59,260 nt of DNA. Source: an uncultured Clostridia bacterium (GTDB lineage: Bacteria; Bacillota; Clostridia; TANB77; CAG-508). The notes beneath the pieces were generated by a model that searched no databases, had not been told where the DNA came from, and saw only the letters and a program-made list of their open reading frames with translations. Location of the stretch: positions 1 through 59,260 of the forward strand of contig CALXWV010000003.1 in the NCBI GenBank assembly GCA_944392515.1. Reading direction: 5' to 3'. The translations under genes were made by a program, and so were the position numbers. Below are positions 18,681 to 28,683 of the stretch, one piece after another; within the stretch, counting starts at the first letter, position 1, and each line of letters starts with the position of its first letter.

Positions 18681-18751
18681 TTATATAAAAATTAAAATTT
18701 GAATAATAAAAAACTTAAATTAGAAAAATTCTATATTTAAGTTTTGTTTTT

Positions 18752-19510
18752 TTAGTTATATAGCTTAACAATGGAATGAAGGATACTATCATCCTCACTT
18801 TTCATAACAATAGTATAAACATCATCTTCTTTATATAAATACGATTTTACAATATCACCATATTTTAATTCTCTTTTATAAAGTATTTCTACATTGTTTA
18901 ATTCTTCACCATCAAAGATGTTTTCAGGAAGTAATTCATAAGCAATATTTAAATAGTTTAAATTATGAACATGTTTATTTAAGTCTAAATCAAATCTACG
19001 AATTTTATAAGTATCTGATGAAATAGGCAAAGAGGTAGGTTCAGTTAGTTTAGGTAAATCTTCAATACAAAATACAGACTCATAGTGAGCACCACCATAA
19101 ATATCTAATAAGTTTTCAGGCATTTTAGCAATTCTACCTTTTTGAGTATCAAGCAAACACCATTTAGATGTTGCAATTGCACATAAATTGCCTTTATCAT
19201 CAAATATTTTAAAATCTCTTATAACAAATATCCTTGTAACAAGCCTTCCCCAAGTTTGAATTCTAATATTTTCCTCTGCACCAATTCTTTTTATAATTTT
19301 TAATTTCCAATTTAATAGTACCCATGTTAAATTATATTTTGCAATATCAGAAAAAGTAAAATGAACATAAGCACTATGCCTTCCAGCAATATTTTCTAAT
19401 ATTGAAAGAATTGATTTATTTGTTAGAACATTATGAATTCCTGTTTGCGCAAAGCTTGTTGTATAAGTATCTTCAAAAACTCCATTTTCTAATTTTGGTT
19501 CTGATAACAT
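18752..19510 (-). CDS. acyl-ACP thioesterase
   Basis: Double hot-dog layout, ~250 aa, typical N-terminal region (YTTSFAQTGIHNVLTNKSILSILENIAGRHS...WVLLNWKLKI). Confidence 0.75.
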   Translation of the reverse strand: MLSEPKLENGVFEDTYTTSFAQTGIHNVLTNKSILSILENIAGRHSAYVHFTFSDIAKYNLTWVLLNWKLKIIKRIGAEENIRIQTWGRLVTRIFVIRDFKIFDDKGNLCAIATSKWCLLDTQKGRIAKMPENLLDIYGGAHYESVFCIEDLPKLTEPTSLPISSDTYKIRRFDLDLNKHVHNLNYLNIAYELLPENIFDGEELNNVEILYKRELKYGDIVKSYLYKEDDVYTIVMKSEDDSILHSIVKLYN

Positions 19511-19718
19511 TTAATTTGGCCTCCTAAAAAAGTAAAAATATTATTTAAAATTTTAAAATTTATTAAGTAAAATTTAAATTTTATAAAACTAAAGCAAAGT
19601 TATTATACCACAAATATCCAAAATGTGCTATAATATTTATATTATCTTGAAAAATTGTAAAATTATAAACAAAAAATGATAAATAATAAAAGCAAGAAAT
19701 AATAGATAAAAATAAAAA

Positions 19719-20687
19719 ATGTTATTAAATAAATTAATTAATCTTATAAAAGAAAAGAGTATAAACATGGAAAGTATAAAACAATTAGAAAAATGTGAAG
19801 TTTGTCCTAGAAAATGTAATGTAAATAGATTAAATGATGAAAAAGGATTTTGCAAATTAGGAGAAGAAATAAAAGTGGCATTAGTTTCTTGTCATGATTT
19901 TGAAGAACCTTGTATTAGCGGAATAGGAAAAGATACTAAATCTTCAGGAACTATATTTTTTAGTAATTGTAATTTAAGATGTGTATTTTGCCAAAACCAT
20001 GAAATAAGCCAAGAGGGTAAAGGAAAGGTTATTACAATAGAAAGATTAGCAGAAATATTTTTAGAGCAACAGGAAAGAAAAGTAAATAATATTAATCTAG
20101 TTACACCAACAATGTATGCATATCAAATAATAGAAGCCATAAAAATAGCAAGGAATAAAGGCTTACATATTCCCATAATTTACAATTCAAATGGTTATGA
20201 AAGTATAGATACATTAAAAGCTTTAGATGGATATATTGATGTTTATTTACCAGATTTAAAATATTATTCAGATGATATAGCTATAAAATATTCCTCAGCA
20301 CCTAATTATTTTGAAATAGCCACAAAAGCAATTAAAGAAATGTTTAATCAAGTAGGTTCTCCTGTATTTGATGAAAATGGAATAATAAAAAGAGGAGTAA
20401 TAATAAGACATCTAATACTTCCAAATCACGTACTTAATACTAAAAGAATTTTAAAATGGATAAAAGAAAATATGCCAAAAGATATATACGTAAGTGTTAT
20501 GGCTCAATATTTTCCAACCTTTAAGGCAAAAAATATAGAGAAAATAAATAGAAAAATAAGTATAAAAGAGTATAGAGAAATAGAGAGTTATTTATATGCT
20601 CTAGATTTAGAAAATGGATATATGCAAGATTTAGGAAAACACGAGGAAGAATATGTACCAAATTTTGATTTTAGAGGAGTGGAATAA
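19719..20687 (+). CDS. radical SAM protein, PflX/COG1313-like activase family
   Basis: CNLRCVFCQNHEIS (CxxxCxxC) preceded by the CEVCPRKCNVNR...GFC cluster typical of this family. The true start may be the ATG at 19764 (MESIKQLEK). Confidence 0.75.
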   Translation: MLLNKLINLIKEKSINMESIKQLEKCEVCPRKCNVNRLNDEKGFCKLGEEIKVALVSCHDFEEPCISGIGKDTKSSGTIFFSNCNLRCVFCQNHEISQEGKGKVITIERLAEIFLEQQERKVNNINLVTPTMYAYQIIEAIKIARNKGLHIPIIYNSNGYESIDTLKALDGYIDVYLPDLKYYSDDIAIKYSSAPNYFEIATKAIKEMFNQVGSPVFDENGIIKRGVIIRHLILPNHVLNTKRILKWIKENMPKDIYVSVMAQYFPTFKAKNIEKINRKISIKEYREIESYLYALDLENGYMQDLGKHEEEYVPNFDFRGVE

Positions 20688-20781
20688 AATTTACAAACAA
20701 TTTACATTTTTTGCTAGATTTTTTAGGTATGATGGTATATATTAAATAAGCACAATAAAATATTTTTGAAAGGGGAATAGT

Positions 20782-23364
20782 ATGCTAGAGTTAAAAGACA
20801 TAAAAAAAGATTATAAAACCTCAACAGAAACAGTTCATGCTTTAAAAGGAGTTAGTATTAAATTTAGAGAAAATGAATTTGTGGCAATACTTGGTCAAAG
20901 TGGTTGTGGTAAAACAACTCTTCTTAATATTATTGGAGGATTAGATCATTATACAAGTGGAGATTTAATTATAAATGGAAAATCTACAAAAGAGTTTAAA
21001 GATAGAGATTGGGATAGTTATAGAAATCATAGTATAGGTTTTGTTTTTCAAAGCTATAACTTAATACCACATCAAAGTATATTATCTAATGTAGAGCTAG
21101 CACTTACAATTTCTGGAGTATCTAAAAAAGATAGAAAAAAAAGAGCAATTGAAGCTTTAGAAAAAGTAGGACTAAAAGATAAACTTCATCAAAGACCAAA
21201 TGAATTATCTGGAGGACAAATGCAAAGAGTTGCAATAGCAAGAGCAATTGTAAATAATCCAGATATCATCCTAGCAGATGAACCAACAGGTGCACTAGAT
21301 ACTAAAACTAGTGTGCAGGTAATGGACATACTTAAGGAAATAGCTAAAGACCATTTGGTAATAATGGTTACACATAATCCGGATTTAGCTGAAAAATATG
21401 CTACAAGAACAATAAGAATATTAGATGGAGAAATTACAGATGATTCTAATCCCTATGAAGAAGAAAATGAGAATATAGATAAAACTAAGAAAAAGAAACC
21501 ATCAATGAGTTTTCTTACAGCTTTATCACTTAGCTTAAATAACTTAATGACTAAAAAGGGAAGAACTATTTTAACAGCTTTTGCAGGTAGTATAGGTATA
21601 ATTGGTATAGCACTAATTTTATCTTTATCTACTGGTGTACAAAATTATATAAATAGTATAGAAGAAGATACACTTTCATCATATCCAGTTACAATTGAAA
21701 AGTCTACAATTGACTTAAGCGGAATGATGACTAGTTTAATGGATAATGGAAATTCAAGTGAAGATAATAAAGAAGATGGAAAAATTTATACTAAATATAT
21801 AACAAATTCCATGCTTGACACATTTGCAAATGATGTAAAAAATAATAATCTAACTAAATTTAAAGAATATATAGAGTCGAATGATAATATTAGTAAATAT
21901 GCTAATGCAATACAATATTCATATGATTTGAATTTAAATTTATATAAAACAGATACATCAAATGGTGCGGTGCAGGTTAATCCGAGTACAGTTGCTTCTA
22001 AAATGGGTATGGAAACTTATGTGGAAGCTGGAACAAGTATGATGGGTTCTAATTCTGCAATGATGAGCAGTGTAAATGTCTTTTCAGAATTATTTGATAA
22101 CCAAGATATGCTAGATAATCAGTATGAATTAGTAGATGGTAAATGGCCAGAAAAATATAATGAAGTAGTTGTAATAGTAGATAAAGACAATGAAATAAGT
22201 GATTATACTCTATATTCTCTAGGAATATTAAATCAAGATGAAATAGAAGATAATATGAATAAAATAGAGGATGGAGAAAAAGTAGAAATATCTCAAGATC
22301 CAGTAAGTTATAACTATGATGATTTCTTAAACTTATCTTTTAAAATATTATTAAATTCAGATTATTATGCTAAAGAAAATGGTGCATGGGTAGATAAAAA
22401 AGATAATGAAGAATATATTAAAGAAAAAGTAGATAATGCAGAAGAAATAAAAGTTGTTGGTATCATAAAGCAAAAAGACAGTAGTGTAAGTAATAATACA
22501 CAAGGTGGAATAGGTTATACAAAAGCATTAATTGAATATGTAATAAACAAAGCTAAAGATGCAGGAATTGTAAAAGAGCAAATGGATAATAAAGATGTAA
22601 ATGTATTTACAGGATTAGAATTTCCAAAAGAAGGTGAAAAAGAGGAATTTAGTTTAGATAGTTTATCTATGGAGCAAAAAATGAGTTTGGCAAGTATGAC
22701 AGCAGAAGATTTAAGAAACTTAATGAATGCTTATGCTGAAAACAATGATGCAACTTATGAAGGTAATTTGGAAAAATTAGGTGTAATTGATTTAAATTCA
22801 CCATCATCAATTAGCATTTATCCAAAAGATTTTGACTCGAAAGAGGTAATATCTAATGCTATTACAGAATATAACAATAATCAAGAAAATGAAAATGACA
22901 AAATAAATTATACAGATACTGTAGGAATTATGATGAATTCTGTTTCTACAATAGTTGATGCGATAAGTTATGTACTAATTGCATTTGTAGCAATATCACT
23001 TATAGTTTCATCTATAATGATTGGAATAATAACATATATATCTGTATTAGAAAGAACAAAAGAAATAGGAATATTAAGAGCAATTGGTGCTTCTAAAAAA
23101 GATATATCAAGAGTATTTAATGCAGAAACATTTATTACAGGTCTCGTTTCAGGATTACTTGGAATAGGTATAACTTGTTTATTAACTATTCCTATAAATG
23201 CAATAATTCTTTCTGTTACAGGAGTAAATGTAAAAGCAATTTTACCATGGATGGCAGGGGTAATACTTGTACTTATTAGTATGTTCTTAACAATAATTGC
23301 AGGTTTAATTCCAGCAAAAATGGCAAGTAAGCGTGATCCAGTAAAAGCATTAAGAACTGAATAA
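20782..23364 (+). CDS. fused ABC transporter ATPase / FtsX-MacB-type permease with a large extracytoplasmic domain
   Basis: Walker A GQSGCGKTT, signature LSGGQMQR, Walker B ILADEPT. This is followed by a TM helix, a ~430-aa external domain and a C-terminal FtsX module (LERTKEIGILRAIGASKKDI). Confidence 0.85.
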   Translation: MLELKDIKKDYKTSTETVHALKGVSIKFRENEFVAILGQSGCGKTTLLNIIGGLDHYTSGDLIINGKSTKEFKDRDWDSYRNHSIGFVFQSYNLIPHQSILSNVELALTISGVSKKDRKKRAIEALEKVGLKDKLHQRPNELSGGQMQRVAIARAIVNNPDIILADEPTGALDTKTSVQVMDILKEIAKDHLVIMVTHNPDLAEKYATRTIRILDGEITDDSNPYEEENENIDKTKKKKPSMSFLTALSLSLNNLMTKKGRTILTAFAGSIGIIGIALILSLSTGVQNYINSIEEDTLSSYPVTIEKSTIDLSGMMTSLMDNGNSSEDNKEDGKIYTKYITNSMLDTFANDVKNNNLTKFKEYIESNDNISKYANAIQYSYDLNLNLYKTDTSNGAVQVNPSTVASKMGMETYVEAGTSMMGSNSAMMSSVNVFSELFDNQDMLDNQYELVDGKWPEKYNEVVVIVDKDNEISDYTLYSLGILNQDEIEDNMNKIEDGEKVEISQDPVSYNYDDFLNLSFKILLNSDYYAKENGAWVDKKDNEEYIKEKVDNAEEIKVVGIIKQKDSSVSNNTQGGIGYTKALIEYVINKAKDAGIVKEQMDNKDVNVFTGLEFPKEGEKEEFSLDSLSMEQKMSLASMTAEDLRNLMNAYAENNDATYEGNLEKLGVIDLNSPSSISIYPKDFDSKEVISNAITEYNNNQENENDKINYTDTVGIMMNSVSTIVDAISYVLIAFVAISLIVSSIMIGIITYISVLERTKEIGILRAIGASKKDISRVFNAETFITGLVSGLLGIGITCLLTIPINAIILSVTGVNVKAILPWMAGVILVLISMFLTIIAGLIPAKMASKRDPVKALRTE

Positions 23365-23499
23365 TAATTTATATTTTATTAAATAGAGCGAAAACATTGA
23401 AAAATACTTATAAAAGTTATATAATAGGTGCACAAAATTTGTTGGCTCTTTCAAATGCGTTAGCATTTGTTAAATAATATTAGTAAGGAGTGAAATGGA

Positions 23500-23946
23500 A
23501 TGTCTAACTTGCATGACATGCGGAAGATGAACCAAGGATGTTCTATGGCGGTCAATGTAACAAAGGAGGATAAGCTTATGAAAGTAGAACCTACTAAGTC
23601 CGCAAAGTGGAACGTGACGGAAGAAGATGTCAAGCAAATCGAAAAAGAAAGGCGGGAGTTGGAATCTCTCTACAATATCCGGCTGGCTATGAAGTCCAAA
23701 GAGAGTTTGCTGGAGCTTGCTGAAAAGAGAGAAGCATTCTTTGATAAGTATCACTTAGCACTGGATGATTTTGTCCTTTTTGGCAAGTATCTGCTGGCTC
23801 AAGACGGATCTGTTAAGCATATCAAGGTGAAAGAAAAGTTGCCTACAAGATTTCCGGACTTGACGCCTATGAAAGATTTCGAGAGAAGTGTGACTTCGTT
23901 CACAACTGCTGAAATCAAGGATTTCTCGGCAGAACTCTCCAAGTAA
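23500..23946 (+). CDS. hypothetical protein in a GC-elevated islet
   Basis: ORF of non-host composition (43% GC in block 23581-23640). AAGGAG lies 9 nt before ATG 23500. There is an alternative in-frame start at 23578 behind AGGAGG. A 12-bp hairpin terminator lies downstream at about 23973-24000. Confidence 0.45.
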   Translation: MSNLHDMRKMNQGCSMAVNVTKEDKLMKVEPTKSAKWNVTEEDVKQIEKERRELESLYNIRLAMKSKESLLELAEKREAFFDKYHLALDDFVLFGKYLLAQDGSVKHIKVKEKLPTRFPDLTPMKDFERSVTSFTTAEIKDFSAELSK

Positions 23947-24061
23947 ACCTGGCAAAACTAATATGCAATGAAGGCTATTACCTAGATGTAGGTAGTGGCC
24001 TTCGTTGTGATTTAACTATTGCAAAATTACAAAAAAAGTGCTATAGTATAAAAGTACATAT

Positions 24062-24136
24062 TGGGGTATCGCCAAGTGGTAAGGCATCGGACTCTGACTC
24101 CGACATTCCTAAGTTCGAATCTTAGTACCCCAGCCA
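24062..24136 (+). tRNA. tRNA-Gln (anticodon CUG)
   Basis: Cloverleaf read by eye: acceptor TGGGGTA/TACCCCA, anticodon arm TCGGA-CTCTGAC-TCCGA, T-arm GTTCGAATC, encoded CCA. Promoter TTGCAA-17-TATAGT upstream and a hairpin terminator at 24150-24175. Confidence 0.9.
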
Positions 24137-24194
24137 TAATGATTAATTCAGAGCAGTATATCTGCTCTGTTTTTACTAATAATAGGAGAGAATA

Positions 24195-24986
24195 ATGGAT
24201 AAACAATCAGAACTTACAAAACTTCAAAAAGATGAAGATAAGATATTAATTGCTAAAGTCTTAGATAAATTAAAATTTGCTGAAACTAGGAATAAAATTG
24301 AAACAACAGATTTTTTAGATTTAAGACAGCAATGTGTAATAAAGGAAATGCTAGATATTAGAAAAAGTAATAATTACAAATTCTTTGGGGGATATAATGA
24401 TTCAGAGAGAAATATTATTATTTTTTCAAATAGCATTGAATTTATAAAACAAGATGAGATAAATAATTTACTTTCAATAATTAGAATAACATTGCCAAAT
24501 AATTTAAAAGGAGAATATGAGCATAGAATCTATTTAGGTGGATTAATGAAATTAGGTATCAAAAGAGAAAAAATAGGAGATATAATAGTAAGAAATGATG
24601 GAGCAGATATAATCGTAAAAAAAGAATTAGCAGAGTATGTAAAAAATAATCTAAATGGACTTACAAGATTCCAGAAATCTAAAATAGAGATAAAAAATAT
24701 TGAAGAACTTATATATATTGAGCCAGAGAAGCAAGTTATAAAAATAAATATACCATCAATGAGATTAGATTGTATAGTAGGAGAACTTGCTAGATGTTCT
24801 AGAAATGAAGCAAATAAAATATTAGAAGCTGAAAGAGTGTTTGTTAATTTTAAAGAAGAAATAAGACCTTCAAAAATTGTAGAAGAGGGTGATTATATTA
24901 CAATTAGAGGTAAAGGTAGATTTAGAATATCAAAAATACTTGGTACAACAAAAAAAGGACGAATTTCGTTAGAAATTATTTATTAA
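24195..24986 (+). CDS. ylmH: YlmH-like RNA-binding protein with S4 domain
   Basis: C-terminal S4 motif (MRLDCIVGELARCSRNEANKILEAERVFVNF), ~260 aa, N-terminal YlmH-like region. Confidence 0.7.
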   Translation: MDKQSELTKLQKDEDKILIAKVLDKLKFAETRNKIETTDFLDLRQQCVIKEMLDIRKSNNYKFFGGYNDSERNIIIFSNSIEFIKQDEINNLLSIIRITLPNNLKGEYEHRIYLGGLMKLGIKREKIGDIIVRNDGADIIVKKELAEYVKNNLNGLTRFQKSKIEIKNIEELIYIEPEKQVIKINIPSMRLDCIVGELARCSRNEANKILEAERVFVNFKEEIRPSKIVEEGDYITIRGKGRFRISKILGTTKKGRISLEIIY

Positions 24987-25033
24987 ATATATAGAAATAA
25001 ATGATGAATTTTATAAAATTTAGGGGAAGAAAA

Positions 25034-26185
25034 ATGGATGATAATAAATTAGAACCTATAGTAAAAGAATTAAGTTTACGAATGGATATTGATACTAGTG
25101 GACAAACGAATAGAGAAATAATTTTAAAATACTTTAAAGAAGCATTAGATTGTGTCTATCTTAAAAGAGATTTGTTAATGGAGTTTATAGCAGATGAGTG
25201 TGTTTTTGATTCTGAGTTTGATGAAGTGATAGAAAAGAATTTACCGCAAATAATAAAACTAATGCCTAAATATAAATGGTATTTTTTAGAAAGTGTTGCT
25301 AGTTATAACTCAAAAGCAATAGATAATAATATAGAATTTTTATTTTCAAAAGAAAATGAGAACGAAATATTAAATATTTTTTTAGTTATTAAAAATAAGA
25401 ATAGAAGACTGAATAGAATCATTAATAATCAAATTCAAAAAAACAGTAAATTATTTTTAAGAGCATTATGGCATGGAACTGAATGGCAAGAAAGGGAAAA
25501 ATGGGAAAGAAGATTTGGAGAAACAGAGAAAGAAGAATGCGTAACATCTCTAAATTATGCCTTAAGAGAAGTTTTAGATGAAACCAATAAAGATTATACA
25601 GATATAGAATATATTAATGAAGGCTCTTATGCAGTAGCTTATAGGATAGGGAACAGAGTATTAAAGTTAGGTGACGAATTTGCTAAATATAAAATACCAA
25701 ATCATAGGAGAATTCTTCAACCTATAGCTAGAGCCAATTATACTTTAGAAGATAGGAGAGTAATGGCCTTCTTTGAAGTAACATCATATGTAGATATTAA
25801 TTTTTCGGAAGAAGAAAGAGACGAAGAAAAATTATATGAGATATACAAGGAATTGAGAGATAGTGGAATAATATGGTTAGATGCTAAATGGAGCAATGTA
25901 GGAAAGTTATTAAATGAAAACAGAACAACCTGGAAAGGAAAAAATGTGGAAGTTGCTCCAAAGTCAGTTGGATTTTCAGAAGAATATAAAGGAAATCCTT
26001 TAAAAAAAGGAGAACTAGTTGTTATCGACCTAGATTTCTTATTTAGTGAAAATGATCCGAATTTAAAACAATTAAAAGAAGAATATAGTTCTGAGTACAG
26101 TTTGAAATTTGATATAAGATATAGAAGAGAAAAAAATCAGAGAAAAACAATTGAAATTAAACAGGATAGTGAATATGAAAGATAG
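25034..26185 (+). CDS. hypothetical protein with a C-terminal atypical protein-kinase-like domain
   Basis: Motifs in the order expected for a kinase fold: NEGSYAVAY (Gly-loop-like), VLKL (beta3 Lys), WLDAKWSNVG (D-x-K-x-x-N catalytic loop), VVIDLDF (DFG-like). The ATG at 25034 follows AGGGGAAG. The track start is 25001. Confidence 0.45.
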   Translation: MDDNKLEPIVKELSLRMDIDTSGQTNREIILKYFKEALDCVYLKRDLLMEFIADECVFDSEFDEVIEKNLPQIIKLMPKYKWYFLESVASYNSKAIDNNIEFLFSKENENEILNIFLVIKNKNRRLNRIINNQIQKNSKLFLRALWHGTEWQEREKWERRFGETEKEECVTSLNYALREVLDETNKDYTDIEYINEGSYAVAYRIGNRVLKLGDEFAKYKIPNHRRILQPIARANYTLEDRRVMAFFEVTSYVDINFSEEERDEEKLYEIYKELRDSGIIWLDAKWSNVGKLLNENRTTWKGKNVEVAPKSVGFSEEYKGNPLKKGELVVIDLDFLFSENDPNLKQLKEEYSSEYSLKFDIRYRREKNQRKTIEIKQDSEYER

Positions 26186-26288
26186 TATAATAAAAGGTAT
26201 ATAAATAAAAAATATTGGAAATAATTTGTATAACATATTTATGCAAAATAATAATTAGTTATTTTGAATTATGCAGAAAGGAGATAAT

Positions 26289-27548
26289 ATGTATACAGAT
26301 TATATTGAAGATATTGAAGCCATGCAGGTCTTAGATTCGAGGGGAAACCCAACAGTTCAAGTAAAAGTTACTTTAGAAAGTGGAGTAGAAGGATTAGCTA
26401 TGGTACCATCAGGTGCATCTACAGGAAGTTTTGAAGCGGTAGAATTAAGAGATGAAGATATGCAAAATTTTAATGGACTTGGTGTCAATAAAGCTGTGGA
26501 AAATGTTAATAAAAAAATAGCAAAAAACTTAATAGGTGAAAATGTTTTTAATCAAAAATATATTGATGATGAGCTTGTTAAATTAGATGGTACTCCTAAT
26601 AAATCTAAACTTGGAGCAAATAGCATTTTAGGAGCATCTTTAGCTATAGCAAGAGCTGCTGCAAATAGCTTAGATATTCCACTTTATAAGTATTTAGGAG
26701 GAATAAATGCATATAAAATGCCTCTTCCTATGATGAATATATTGAATGGTGGAAAACATGCAAATAACAATTTAAATATACAGGAATTTATGATTGTACC
26801 TGTTGGAGGAAAAACTTTTAGAGAAATGCTTCAAATGTGCACTGAAGTGTATAAAGTGTTAAAAGAAGTATTAAGAAAAAAAGGATTAGTTACTTCAGTT
26901 GGTGATGAAGGTGGCTTTGCACCAGATTTAGAGAACGATGAAGAAGCTATAGAGTTAATATTAGAAGCTGTAAAAAAAGCAGGGTTTAAAGAAAATAAAG
27001 ATTTTAAATTAGCATTAGATATAGCAAGTACTGAAATGAATGACAGTGCTAAAAAGATAAGTAAAGAAGGTTACTATTTTTGGAAAACAGATATATATAA
27101 AACAAAAGCTGAAATGATAGATTATTTAGTGGATTTGGCAAGTAAATATCCAATAATGTCAATAGAGGATGGTTTAGCAGAAGAAGATTGGAAATCTTGG
27201 AAAGAACTTACTAAAAGAATAGGAAGTAAAATTCAATTAGTAGGAGATGATTTATTTGTTACAAATCCAGCAAGACTTAAAGAAGGTATAAAAGAAGATA
27301 TTGCAAATAGCATATTAATTAAGCCAAATCAAATAGGAACCTTAACAGAAACACTAGAGACTATAAACTTAGCAAAAGAAAATGGATATAAAACAATTAT
27401 TTCACATAGATCTGGTGAGACAGAAGATACATTTATAGCTGATTTAGCTGTTGCAGTTAATAGTGGACAAATTAAGGCTGGAGCACCATGTAGAACTGAT
27501 AGGGTATGCAAATATAATAGACTTCTTAATATAGAAAATGAAATTTAG
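26289..27548 (+). CDS. eno: enolase
   Basis: [32 protein letters not shown] and [15 protein letters not shown]-type motifs. The ATG at 26289 follows AAAGGAG. Confidence 0.95.
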   Translation: MYTDYIEDIEAMQVLDSRGNPTVQVKVTLESGVEGLAMVPSGASTGSFEAVELRDEDMQNFNGLGVNKAVENVNKKIAKNLIGENVFNQKYIDDELVKLDGTPNKSKLGANSILGASLAIARAAANSLDIPLYKYLGGINAYKMPLPMMNILNGGKHANNNLNIQEFMIVPVGGKTFREMLQMCTEVYKVLKEVLRKKGLVTSVGDEGGFAPDLENDEEAIELILEAVKKAGFKENKDFKLALDIASTEMNDSAKKISKEGYYFWKTDIYKTKAEMIDYLVDLASKYPIMSIEDGLAEEDWKSWKELTKRIGSKIQLVGDDLFVTNPARLKEGIKEDIANSILIKPNQIGTLTETLETINLAKENGYKTIISHRSGETEDTFIADLAVAVNSGQIKAGAPCRTDRVCKYNRLLNIENEI

Positions 27549-27577
27549 ATGGTATTAAAATAAAAAACAAGGAGGGG

Positions 27578-27997
27578 TTAGCACCCCTCCTCTTTGTACG
27601 GAAATATGATTCGACAGATTATAAAAATGAATACTACTGCGATAGCAGCTACGAGTAAGCTGGGAACAATTAAGTTTAAGAAGTATAGGTTAATACCATC
27701 TTTAACTTTTACTGTATCATCTGTAAAATAAAATGTTAAGCTGGCCGAAAAAGGCCTATTGGAATCCACTACACTTATACAGTTTTTTGAGTTATTGGTT
27801 ACTACAATGCTTTCTTCACACTGATATTCACCTGTTTCATAATAATCTGTTGCGATTGCTTGATACTTCTTGCAATCTTCGGTAGACAATGTATCAGGTC
27901 GCACTAACGGGCAAAACAAACAAAATAATGCCCAAATGAGTGCTACTGAAATAATGACGTACTGAAAAAGATTGCCAGTCAGTTCATTCCGTTTCAT
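27578..27997 (-). CDS. hypothetical two-TM membrane protein with a Cys-containing external loop
   Basis: ORF with moderately elevated GC (37-38% in three hand-counted blocks). Its stop codon lies in the loop of a 9-bp hairpin (AGGAGGGGT/ACCCCTCCT, 27570-27591) followed by a T-run on the minus strand. Confidence 0.5.
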   Translation of the reverse strand: MKRNELTGNLFQYVIISVALIWALFCLFCPLVRPDTLSTEDCKKYQAIATDYYETGEYQCEESIVVTNNSKNCISVVDSNRPFSASLTFYFTDDTVKVKDGINLYFLNLIVPSLLVAAIAVVFIFIICRIIFPYKEEGC

Positions 27998-28203
27998 ATA
28001 TGCTTCCCTCCAAAAAAATGTGTTGTAAAAACACGTGTCTATTATTATACATCTTTTTTTATAAAATTACAATAGATTTTAAATAAATGATTTACATAAT
28101 AATGAAAAAATTGTTATTGAAAAAATATAAAATATATGCTAATATATGCATGAAACAAAAAGTACTTTAAATTCTATAAAAATAACAAGAAAGGTAGAAA
28201 ATA

Positions 28204-28629
28204 ATGAAAGAAAAATTATCAAAAATAATAAAAAAAGTTTGCACAAAAGAAGTAATATTTTATGTGATTTTTGGTGTACTAACAACCATAATTAACCTAG
28301 GTGTATTTTATGTATTATCTGATTTATTAAAATGGGATGAGAATTTATCAAATATAATTGCAATAATTACTGCTGTCCTATTTGCATATTTTACAAATAA
28401 AGATTTAGTATTTCATTCAGAAGCTAAAGATTTTAAAGCCAAGTGGAAAGAATTTGCTAAGTTTATTTCTGGTAGAGCATTTACAATGGTAATAGAATGG
28501 GTAGGAGGAGCGCTTCTATTTTTAACACCACTTCCACAAATGATTTCGAAATTGATAGTTACTGTTATAGTTGTTATATTAAACTTTTTTATAAGCAAAT
28601 TTTTTGCATTTAAGAAAACTAAAAAATAA
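28204..28629 (+). CDS. GtrA family membrane protein
   Basis: ~140 aa, four TM segments, GtrA-like FYVIFGVLTTIINLGVFYVL...FAYFTNKDLVF. Confidence 0.75.
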   Translation: MKEKLSKIIKKVCTKEVIFYVIFGVLTTIINLGVFYVLSDLLKWDENLSNIIAIITAVLFAYFTNKDLVFHSEAKDFKAKWKEFAKFISGRAFTMVIEWVGGALLFLTPLPQMISKLIVTVIVVILNFFISKFFAFKKTKK

Positions 28630-28683
28630 TTTTTTGAATATTAAATATGTTGAAAAATAGGAAAGGAATGAAAGTATACTTTT

